DNA of 63,025 nt, counting the filler. It is 5 parts of 5 records of this genome, joined end to end, with 100 filler letters (N's around TTAATTAATTAA, not from the genome) between each part and the next. Parts side by side here need not be neighbours in the genome. Positions count along the whole stretch, not along the records: positions 1 to 12,039 come from SRR20825010_1535; positions 12,140 to 20,790 come from SRR20825010_1542; 3 more parts are not named here. The stretch is one strand, 5' to 3'. Position numbers and translations under genes: made by a program. Every line of letters starts with the position of its first letter. Position 1 is the stretch's first letter. This document shows, piece by piece, positions 9,177 through 17,027 of the stretch. Below the pieces are notes generated by a model. It was given only the letters and a program-made list of their open reading frames with translations. It was not told where the DNA came from and did not search any database.

Positions 9177-11582
9177 ATGAAAAGAATAATCAAAAAAGTT
9201 GCAGTTATTGGTTCTGGTATTATGGGAAGTGGGATTGCATGCCACTTTGCAAATATTGGCGCTGAAGTTTTACTGCTTGATATTGTACCAAGAGAATTAA
9301 ACGACAAAGAAAAAGCAAAAGGTCTTACCCTTCAAGATAAAGCGGTAAGAAACAGAATGGTAAACGATAATCTTACTTCAGCTTTAAAATCGAAGCCCTC
9401 TCCTATCTACAACCAGAAATTTGCTAGTAGAATTTCTACAGGTAATTTGGAAGATGATATTTCTAAAATTAAAGATGTAGATTGGATTATTGAGGTTGTT
9501 GTGGAAAGATTAGATATTAAAAAAAGTGTTTTTGAGAATATAGAAAAACATAGAACCCCAGGAACACTTATTACTTCTAATACTTCGGGGATTCCAATTC
9601 ATTTTATGAATGAAGGAAGAAGTAAAGATTTTCAGGAACATTTTGCGGTGACTCACTTTTTTAATCCGCCACGCTATTTAAAACTTTTTGAGGTAGTTCC
9701 TGGTCCAGATTGTAAAAAAGAAGTAGTAGACTTTTTGATGATGTATGGCGAGAAATTCCTAGGAAAAACTTCGGTTCTTGCTAAAGATACTCCTGCCTTT
9801 ATTGGTAATCGTATTGGAATATTCGGAATTCAAAGTTTATTCCATCAAGTAAAAGAACTTGGAATGACGGTAGAAGAAGTGGATAAACTTACAGGGCCTG
9901 TTATTGGTCGCCAAAAATCGGCAACTTTTAGAACCGTAGATGTTGTTGGTTTAGATACGCTTGTGCATGTGGCAAATGGAATTTATGAGAATTGCCCAGA
10001 AGACGAGGCACACGATCTATTTAAACTTCCAGAATTTATCCAAACTATGATGGATAATAAATGGCTTGGAAGTAAAACTGGTCAAGGTTTTTATAAAAAG
10101 GTAAAAGGAGACGATGGTAAAAGTGAAATCCTATCCTTGGATCTCGATACCATGGAATATACCGAAAGTAAAAAAGCAAAATTTGCTACGCTAGAAGAAA
10201 CTAAGACCGTTGATAAAGTTGCAGATAGATTTCCTATTCTTGTTAACGGAAAAGACAAAGCTGGAGAGTTCTACAGAAAAAACTTCGCTTCGCTATTTGC
10301 TTACGTTCAACATAGAATTCCTGAAATTTCTGATGAACTATACCGAATTGACGATGCCATGAAAGCTGGTTTTGGCTGGCAACACGGGCCATTTGAAATA
10401 TGGGATGCTATTGGAGTTGAAAAAGGAATTGAATTAATAAAAGCTGAAGGAAAAGAACCTGCAAAATGGGTTACAGAAATGGTAGCTAGCGGAAGTAATT
10501 CTTTCTATTCGGTAAAAAACGGAGCTACTTATTATTATGACATTCCTTCTAAAAAACAAGTAAAAAAACCTGGTCAAGATGCCTTTATCATTTTAGATAA
10601 CATCAGAAAATCTAACGAAGTTTGGAAAAATAGCGGAGTTGTTGTTGAAGATCTAGGAGATGGAATTCTAAATGTAGAATTTCAATCTAAAATGAATACC
10701 ATAGGAGGTGATGTTCTTGCAGGAATTAATAAAGCAATAGATTTAGCTGAAAAAGATTTCCAAGGCTTAGTGGTAGGAAACCAAGCAGCCAATTTCTCTG
10801 TAGGTGCCAATATCGGGATGATTTTTATGATGGCTGTGGAACAAGAATATGATGAGTTAAATATGGCTATTAAAATGTTCCAAGATACCATGATGCGTAT
10901 GAGATACTCTGGTATTCCAACTATTTCTGCACCACATGGTATGGCTTTAGGAGGCGGCTGTGAACTTTCGTTACATGCCGATAAAGTGGTAGCGGCAGCA
11001 GAAACTTATATGGGACTTGTGGAGTTTGGTGTAGGTGTAATTCCTGGTGGTGGAGGTTCTAAAGAAATGACGCTTAGAGCTTCAGACCTCTTTAGAAAAG
11101 ATGATGTTGAAACTAATGTGCTTCGTGAGCATTTCTTAACCATAGGAACTGCAAAAGTTTCTACTTCAGCATACGAAGCCTTTGATTTGAATTTACTTCA
11201 GAAAGGAAAAGATATTGTGGTTGTAAATAAAGACCGACAAATAGCAGAAGCAAAAAAACACGCCGTTTTAATGGCTGAAGCTGGCTATACACAACCTCCA
11301 AAACGCAACGATATTAAAGTGCTAGGAAAACAAGCATTAGGAATGTTCTTAGTTGGAACAGACTCCATGAATGCTGGACATTATATCTCAGAACACGATA
11401 AAAAAATAGCAAATAAGCTAGCCTATGTAATGGCAGGTGGCGATTTATCTGAAGCTACCAAAGTATCAGAACAGTACTTACTAGATTTAGAAAGAGAAGC
11501 TTTCTTATCGTTATGTACCGAACGTAAAACATTAGAACGTATTCAGCATATGTTAAAAACAGGAAAACCTCTTAGAAATTAA
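9177..11582 (+). CDS. 3-hydroxyacyl-CoA dehydrogenase / enoyl-CoA hydratase (FadN-type)
   Basis: GSGIMGSGIA Rossmann motif, SNTSGI, HFFNPPRY, C-terminal crotonase ALGGGCE and GLVEFGVG.IPGGGG. Confidence 0.95.
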   Translation: MKRIIKKVAVIGSGIMGSGIACHFANIGAEVLLLDIVPRELNDKEKAKGLTLQDKAVRNRMVNDNLTSALKSKPSPIYNQKFASRISTGNLEDDISKIKDVDWIIEVVVERLDIKKSVFENIEKHRTPGTLITSNTSGIPIHFMNEGRSKDFQEHFAVTHFFNPPRYLKLFEVVPGPDCKKEVVDFLMMYGEKFLGKTSVLAKDTPAFIGNRIGIFGIQSLFHQVKELGMTVEEVDKLTGPVIGRQKSATFRTVDVVGLDTLVHVANGIYENCPEDEAHDLFKLPEFIQTMMDNKWLGSKTGQGFYKKVKGDDGKSEILSLDLDTMEYTESKKAKFATLEETKTVDKVADRFPILVNGKDKAGEFYRKNFASLFAYVQHRIPEISDELYRIDDAMKAGFGWQHGPFEIWDAIGVEKGIELIKAEGKEPAKWVTEMVASGSNSFYSVKNGATYYYDIPSKKQVKKPGQDAFIILDNIRKSNEVWKNSGVVVEDLGDGILNVEFQSKMNTIGGDVLAGINKAIDLAEKDFQGLVVGNQAANFSVGANIGMIFMMAVEQEYDELNMAIKMFQDTMMRMRYSGIPTISAPHGMALGGGCELSLHADKVVAAAETYMGLVEFGVGVIPGGGGSKEMTLRASDLFRKDDVETNVLREHFLTIGTAKVSTSAYEAFDLNLLQKGKDIVVVNKDRQIAEAKKHAVLMAEAGYTQPPKRNDIKVLGKQALGMFLVGTDSMNAGHYISEHDKKIANKLAYVMAGGDLSEATKVSEQYLLDLEREAFLSLCTERKTLERIQHMLKTGKPLRN

Positions 11583-11612
11583 TTATGAATTTTGAATTAT
11601 AAATTTTAAATG
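11583..11612 (+). repeat. Left heptamer tandem array (TTwTrAA x4) flanking four-helix-bundle gene
   Basis: TTATGAA TTTTGAA TTATAAA TTTTAAA TG fills the whole gap between the HADH stop and the ATG. Confidence 0.85.
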
Positions 11613-11969
11613 ACCGCTAAAAAGGAAAATATCATTGCTGAAAAGTCTTTCAAATTTGCTCTAAGCATTATTTCCCTTTTTAATCAACTTACAAAAGAAG
11701 AAAATGAGTTTGTTCTTTCAAAACAATTAATAAGATCTGGAACTAGCATTGGAGCTAATATTCAAGAAGCCACAGCGGCACAGTCAAAAAAAGACTTTAT
11801 TCATAAAATGTCTATAGCATCAAAAGAAGCTAGAGAAACTAAATATTGGTTACGACTTATAAACGAAAGTAATGTCACTAAAATAGATGTTAGCAGTTAT
11901 TTAATTGAGATAGAACATATAATTAATATCATTACAAAAATTATTATAACCTCAAATAAAAGCAGTTAA
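11610..11969 (+). CDS. Four helix bundle protein (23S rRNA intervening-sequence protein / TIGR02436-like, Avd-like fold)
   Basis: KSFKFAL, LSKQLIRSGTSIGANIQEA..AQSKKDFIHKMSIASKEARETKYWLRL. Confidence 0.93.
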   Translation: MTAKKENIIAEKSFKFALSIISLFNQLTKEENEFVLSKQLIRSGTSIGANIQEATAAQSKKDFIHKMSIASKEARETKYWLRLINESNVTKIDVSSYLIEIEHIINIITKIIITSNKSS

Positions 11970-11971
11970 CA

Positions 11972-12001
11972 CATTCAAAATTCAACATTTAAAATTCAAA
12001 A
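11972..12001 (-). repeat. Right heptamer tandem array (TTyAAmA x4), inverted relative to the left array
   Basis: CA TTCAAAA TTCAACA TTTAAAA TTCAAAA; its reverse complement matches the left array at 24/30 positions. Confidence 0.85.
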
Positions 12002-12004
12002 CAA

Positions 12005-12039
12005 ATGAAAACAGCATATATAGTAAAAGCATACAGAAC
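12005..12039 (+). CDS. fadA: Acetyl-CoA C-acyltransferase (thiolase), 5' fragment cut by contig end
   Basis: ATG AAA ACA GCA TAT ATA GTA AAA GCA TAC AGA AC = MKTAYIVKAYRT, a thiolase N-terminus in the expected operon position; not in the ORF track. Confidence 0.75.
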
Positions 12040-12139
12040 NNNNNNNNNNNNNNNNNNNNNNNNNNNNNNNNNNNNNNNNNNNNTTAATTAATTAANNNNN
12101 NNNNNNNNNNNNNNNNNNNNNNNNNNNNNNNNNNNNNNN
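12040..12139. other. Artificial contig linker (N44-TTAATTAATTAA-N44)
   Basis: N run with a six-frame stop / PacI-containing core. Confidence 0.98.
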
Positions 12140-12167
12140 CTCTTCTCTCTTCTCTCTTCTCTCTTCT
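12140..12167. repeat. Heptamer tandem repeat (CTCTTCT)x4 at contig start
   Basis: Four perfect CTCTTCT units immediately after the linker, downstream of rdgB. Confidence 0.9.
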
Positions 12168-12213
12168 CTATACTTTATAATCTACTATTTGCAATAGACA
12201 ATAGATTTTTTGA

Positions 12214-12786
12214 TTATGGTTTTAAATAATCAATGAGTTGTTTCATTGCTTTTGCACGGTGACTCACTTTATTTTTTTCTTCTGAAGAAAATTCAGCAAA
12301 TGTTTTTGTAGTTCCTTCTGGTTGAAATATAGGGTCGTATCCAAAACCATTGTCGCCTTTTTTTTCAGTGGTAATAACTCCATTTACGATACCATTAAAA
12401 ATAATTTTTTCTTGATCTGTACGAAGTGCTATTACAGTTTTAAATCTTGCAGCACGGTTGTCTTTTTCTGCTAGTTCTTGTAATAACTTGTCCATATTGT
12501 CATCACTATTTTTTTGAGGTCCCGCATAGCGTGCAGAGTATACGCCAGGGGCATTGTCTAAACTTTCTACCTCTAGTCCAGTATCATCTGCAAAACAATT
12601 TAGATTGTAATTATCAAATACATAATTAGCTTTTATAGCGGCGTTTTCTTCAATAGTATCTCCGTTTTCTTCAATTTCTTCAGTGCAACCAATATCCTCA
12701 AGAGATAGTAGTTCTATATAATCTGGTAATATGGACTTTACTTCCTTTAATTTGTTTAAGTTATGAGTGGCAAAAACTAGTTTCAT
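12214..12786 (-). CDS. rdgB: Non-canonical purine NTP pyrophosphatase (RdgB/HAM1)
   Basis: FATHNLNK, ADDTGL, PGVYSARYAG, GFGYDPIF, SHRAKA. Confidence 0.96.
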   Translation of the reverse strand: MKLVFATHNLNKLKEVKSILPDYIELLSLEDIGCTEEIEENGDTIEENAAIKANYVFDNYNLNCFADDTGLEVESLDNAPGVYSARYAGPQKNSDDNMDKLLQELAEKDNRAARFKTVIALRTDQEKIIFNGIVNGVITTEKKGDNGFGYDPIFQPEGTTKTFAEFSSEEKNKVSHRAKAMKQLIDYLKP

Positions 12787-12896
12787 GTAGGAGGACTTTA
12801 TAAGAATTAAATTACTTTATGTTGTTTTTTGATTGTATATTTAGAGTAAAATTATTGGATTTTAACTATTACTTATAAATAAATCAAAAAGAATAT

Positions 12897-13970
12897 ATGC
12901 AAAAGTATACATTAATAGTTTCTTTTTTCTTGTTAAGTCAGTTTGGTTTTTCACAAATTCAAGTAGTAGATTCTACAAGCTCGGAAGAGGTAAAGCCAGA
13001 AAAACGCGTTGATTTTACCGTGATGCCATTTCTTAGTTATAATAGAAATTTAGAGTTCATGTTTGGAGTTATTCCAATGATGATGTATAAATTGGATCAG
13101 AATGATGATATTTCTCCAAAATCTATGTCAGGTGTTTCGGCAGTTTATACTACTAATGGTTCTTACTTTGTTGCTTTTTTTAATAGGTTTTTCTTTGCTG
13201 AAAATAAATGGAGAGCCAAATTTTTTGCTGTAAAAGGAGACCATATTTCACAATTTTATGATGATGATACTGAAGTGCCAGGATTTTATGAATATGCCAC
13301 TAACACTACTGTTTTAAGTGTAGGAGCCCAACGAAGAATTGTTGAGAGTTTATATGGAGGTCTTACTTATACGTATGCAGATTATGATACCAATTATGAT
13401 AATGGAAATCCTTCAACAGCGGTAACTACTAATGCTATTGAAATGAATTTATTGTATGATACCAGAGACGCTATTTACTATCCAATGAACGGACATAAAG
13501 CGCAGCTTCGCTGGATTTCTTACCCAGAGTGGTTTGGCAATGATATGGAAGCTAATAAAATATTGATGGAGTATAATAAGTATATCCCAATGAAGAATGG
13601 AAAAGATATTATTGCTGCACGAGCTTCTGCTAAGGTAGGGTTAGGAGATATTGCTTTTGAACAGCAAGTAACTATTGGTAATAAAGATATTAGAGGGTAT
13701 TCTCAAGGGGAATTTCGTGGCGATGGAATAATGGCTATTCAGGGAGAATATCGATATAATTTTGGAGGAAAAATGGGGCTTGTTGGGTTTGCAGGTATGG
13801 CAACTTTATATGGGTCGGATGTGGAAGATAATAACTGGAAAATGTATCCTGGAGCAGGGGTTGGTTATAGATATCAAGCGTTTAAAAAAGCAAAATTTAA
13901 TATCGGACTTGATGCTGCTGTAGGAAAAGACGATTGGGGAATTTATTTTAGAATTGGAGAAGCCTTTTAG
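12897..13970 (+). CDS. Omp85/BamA-TamA superfamily outer-membrane beta-barrel without POTRA domains
   Basis: Signal peptide, YDTRD, IRGY (VRGF-like) motif, C-terminal IYFRIGEAF. Confidence 0.8.
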   Translation: MQKYTLIVSFFLLSQFGFSQIQVVDSTSSEEVKPEKRVDFTVMPFLSYNRNLEFMFGVIPMMMYKLDQNDDISPKSMSGVSAVYTTNGSYFVAFFNRFFFAENKWRAKFFAVKGDHISQFYDDDTEVPGFYEYATNTTVLSVGAQRRIVESLYGGLTYTYADYDTNYDNGNPSTAVTTNAIEMNLLYDTRDAIYYPMNGHKAQLRWISYPEWFGNDMEANKILMEYNKYIPMKNGKDIIAARASAKVGLGDIAFEQQVTIGNKDIRGYSQGEFRGDGIMAIQGEYRYNFGGKMGLVGFAGMATLYGSDVEDNNWKMYPGAGVGYRYQAFKKAKFNIGLDAAVGKDDWGIYFRIGEAF

Positions 13971-13995
13971 TAGGATTAGTATTAAAACCAATTTT

Positions 13996-14469
13996 TTACC
14001 TGTGGTGATAAGGCTCGTTTCTTAAAATTGTAAATCCTCTATACAGTTGTTCAACAAAAAATAAACGAATCATTTGGTGTGAGAATGTCATTTTAGAAAG
14101 TGAGATTTTCCCTTGAGACTTTTTATAGATAGTATCCGAAAATCCGTACGGACCACCAATTACAAAGACGAGTTGCTTAACTCCGCTATTCATGTGTTTC
14201 TGTAGGTAATCTGCAAAAACTTCCGAAGAAAATGTTTTCCCATTCTCATCTAATAGAATTAAAATATCTGTAGGATTAAGCTTTTTTAAAATTAATTCTC
14301 CTTCTTTTTCCTTTTGCTGAGCTTCGGAAAGGTTTTTTACATTTTTAATATCTGGAATAATTTCAAAGTCAAAATTTACATAAAAACCTAAACGTTTAAC
14401 GTATTGGTCGATAAGTGAATTAAGTTCCTTTCCGTCGGTTTTGCCTACAGCAATTAATTTGATATTCAT
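13996..14469 (-). CDS. rlmH: 23S rRNA m3Psi1915 methyltransferase
   Basis: FVIGGPYGF, SLSKMTFSHQMIRL..EQLYRG, PYHH. Confidence 0.97.
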   Translation of the reverse strand: MNIKLIAVGKTDGKELNSLIDQYVKRLGFYVNFDFEIIPDIKNVKNLSEAQQKEKEGELILKKLNPTDILILLDENGKTFSSEVFADYLQKHMNSGVKQLVFVIGGPYGFSDTIYKKSQGKISLSKMTFSHQMIRLFFVEQLYRGFTILRNEPYHHR

Positions 14470-14588
14470 GATGCAAAATTATGAAATCTTATAAAATATT
14501 CGGAGTTTGCAATAGAATTACATAAAATAAGTCGGTTCAGGCTACTAGCTAAAAAGGTTTTTAATAAATTAGCGCAAAACATTAGGGA

Positions 14589-15446
14589 ATGATTTCTGAA
14601 AAACAATTTCAAGAGGAACTCGAGCTTATAATAACAAACGCCATACGAGAAGATGTAGGAGATGGCGATCATAGTTCGTTAGCTTGTATTCCATCTGAGG
14701 CAAAAGGAAAAGCAAAACTTTTAGTTAAAGATAAAGGTATTATTGCGGGCGTGGAATTTGCTAAACGAGTCTTTAATTTTGTAGATGCTTCTCTGGAAAT
14801 AGAAACGCTAATAAACGATGGGGCTACAGTAAAAGAAGGAGATATTGTATTTTATGTAGAAGGGAGTTCTCAGTCAATTTTAAAAGCAGAACGTTTGGTG
14901 CTCAATGCTATGCAGCGTATGAGTGCTATTGCGACTAAAACACAGCGCTATGTAAAATTATTGGAAGGAACAGGAACAAAAATTCTTGATACTCGAAAAA
15001 CAACTCCTGGAATTCGTGCTATCGAAAAATGGGCGGTAAAAATTGGAGGCGGAGAGAATCATAGGTTTGCTTTGTATGATATGATTATGTTGAAAGATAA
15101 TCATATTGATTTTGCTGGTGGAATTTCTCAGGCCATAGAAAAAACAAAAAAATACCTAAAAGAAACTAAAAGAGATTTAAAAATAATAGTAGAGGCTAGA
15201 GATCTTCAAGAAGTGGAGGTTATTTTAAAAGCTGGAGGAGTGTATAGAATTCTTTTAGATAATTTTAATTATGAAGAGACGCGAAAAGCCGTGAAATTAA
15301 TAAGCAATGAATGTCTCACAGAATCTTCGGGTGGAATTAATGAAAAAACCTTGCGTTTGTATGCCGAATGTGGGGTAGATTATATATCTTCTGGTGCGCT
15401 AACACATTCCATTTATAATATGGATTTGAGTTTAAAAGCGGTATAA
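14589..15446 (+). CDS. nadC: Nicotinate-nucleotide diphosphorylase (carboxylating), QAPRTase
   Basis: EDVGDGDHS, DTRKTTPG, NHRFAL, LKDNHI, LLDNF, SSGGI, SSGALTH. Confidence 0.97.
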   Translation: MISEKQFQEELELIITNAIREDVGDGDHSSLACIPSEAKGKAKLLVKDKGIIAGVEFAKRVFNFVDASLEIETLINDGATVKEGDIVFYVEGSSQSILKAERLVLNAMQRMSAIATKTQRYVKLLEGTGTKILDTRKTTPGIRAIEKWAVKIGGGENHRFALYDMIMLKDNHIDFAGGISQAIEKTKKYLKETKRDLKIIVEARDLQEVEVILKAGGVYRILLDNFNYEETRKAVKLISNECLTESSGGINEKTLRLYAECGVDYISSGALTHSIYNMDLSLKAV

Positions 15447-15447
15447 T

Positions 15448-16389
15448 ATGTCAGTAGAAATAGAGGAGAAATTAGCTAAAATACCTGTAGTAAATTACTT
15501 CGTAAAACTATTAAAAAATATAAAATTGCCTGGTTTTGAAGGGCTATCGGTTTATGATTTAACCGAAATGTATTTTGTAGGAATAGTAAAAGGGGCTTTA
15601 ACATACAGAGCAAGTGCTATTTCTTTTAGTTTTTTTATGGCTCTTTTTCCTTTTCTTCTATTTATTCTAAACTTAATTCCGTATGTTCCAATAGAGGGTT
15701 TCCAACAAGACTTTATTCATTTTATAGAAAGCCTATTGCCACCGCAAACCGCAAATTTTTTCGATTCTATTATAGAAGATATTGTTAGTAAACAACGTGG
15801 CGGATTACTTTCATCGGTATTCTTTTTGTCTATTTTTTTAATGGCAAACGGTATCAATGCCATTTTTGGAGGCTTTGAGACTTCTTACCATGTTGTTATT
15901 ACTAGAAATATTATTAAGCAGTATTTTGTAGCTGTTGGGGTAGCTTTGTTAATGGCCTTTTTATTTTTGGCTAGTGTAATAGGATTTATTTTTTATGAAA
16001 TCTATATTGTTCAGTATTTAAGTGAGTTGGCGTCCAAAACAAATGGTATGGATGTTGCAAGAGGAGATGTTATTGGGGCACGAATAGGAAGATTTTTGTT
16101 CTTTGTGATTATCTCGTTTTTAACTACAGCAATCTTATATTATTTTGGAACAACAGAAGGTAGACAAACAAAGTTTTTCTCGCCTGGAGCGTTATTAACA
16201 ACAATATTGATAATTGTAACTACGTATCTGTTTGGTATTTATATAGAGAATTTTTCTCAATACAATGAAATTTATGGTTCCATTGGAGCGTTACTTATTT
16301 TAATGCTATATATTTGGATTAATTCGAATATTTTGCTTTTAGGATTTGAGCTAAATGCTTCTTTGAGAAGCCTAAAACGTAACTTTTAA
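15448..16389 (+). CDS. YihY/BrkB family inner-membrane protein
   Basis: AISFSFFMALFP, YNEIYGSIGALLILMLYIW..ILLLGFELN; multiple TM segments. Confidence 0.9.
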   Translation: MSVEIEEKLAKIPVVNYFVKLLKNIKLPGFEGLSVYDLTEMYFVGIVKGALTYRASAISFSFFMALFPFLLFILNLIPYVPIEGFQQDFIHFIESLLPPQTANFFDSIIEDIVSKQRGGLLSSVFFLSIFLMANGINAIFGGFETSYHVVITRNIIKQYFVAVGVALLMAFLFLASVIGFIFYEIYIVQYLSELASKTNGMDVARGDVIGARIGRFLFFVIISFLTTAILYYFGTTEGRQTKFFSPGALLTTILIIVTTYLFGIYIENFSQYNEIYGSIGALLILMLYIWINSNILLLGFELNASLRSLKRNF

Positions 16390-16399
16390 ATTTATAATT

Positions 16400-16834
16400 A
16401 TGACGAGTAAGAAATTATTTTTGTTTGCAACATTTGTTGTTTTATGCGGATTTACTGCTTTTTCCCAAAGTGTTTTTGGAAAATGGAAAACTATTGATGA
16501 TGAAAGCGGAAAAGAAAAATCCATCGTGGAAATTTATGAAAAAGATGGAAAAGTATTCGGGAAGGTGGTTGAGCTGCTCAATAAAGACCGTCAAGATGCT
16601 GTTTGTGATAAATGCGATGGAGCCAAAAAAGATGCTCCAGTTTTAGGAATGGTAATTATAGAAAACCTTGAAAAAGATGACGACGAATATGCTGATGGAA
16701 CCATACTAGATCCTGAAAAAGGGAAGGAGTATAAATGTAAAATATGGGTTGATGAGAACGATGCCAATATCTTAAATGTAAGAGGATATATTGCATTTTT
16801 ATATAGAACACAAACATGGCACAGGGTTAACTAA
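16400..16834 (+). CDS. DUF2147 domain protein
   Basis: GKWKTIDD, C.KC.G, GTILDPEKGKEYKC, VRGYI...RTQTW. Confidence 0.9.
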   Translation: MTSKKLFLFATFVVLCGFTAFSQSVFGKWKTIDDESGKEKSIVEIYEKDGKVFGKVVELLNKDRQDAVCDKCDGAKKDAPVLGMVIIENLEKDDDEYADGTILDPEKGKEYKCKIWVDENDANILNVRGYIAFLYRTQTWHRVN

Positions 16835-16888
16835 GTTGCTATAAGGCGTAATTAGAGAAGAAATACGTCTCAAAAAATAATACTAATA

Positions 16889-16934
16889 AAGAAAAGAGAA
16901 CTAAGAAAATATATATTCTTATTCTCTTTTCTTA
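16889..16934. repeat. Long AT-rich hairpin with 7-bp periodicity (terminator-like or empty repeat element)
   Basis: AAGAAAAGAGAA-C-TAAGAA ... TTCTTA-TTCTCTTTTCTT forms an ~18-bp stem. Confidence 0.65.
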
Positions 16935-17027
16935 TTTTTGTTTAGAATCCATTCTGGAGAAAATGGCATAAATAGGGTCTATTTAGAGTCCAAAAAAATC
17001 CAACACTTAAAACCCAGTATTCAAAGA

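Noticed and set aside
12084-12095. TTAATTAATTAA repeated four times in the window, considered as a biological repeat or CRISPR-like unit
   Set aside because: Always centred in 100-nt N blocks; it is an artificial six-frame stop linker.
16938-17027. N-terminal extension of PriA in the ORF track
   Set aside because: TTG start directly after a hairpin; the PriA-like sequence begins at MHFIDVVLP (17028).
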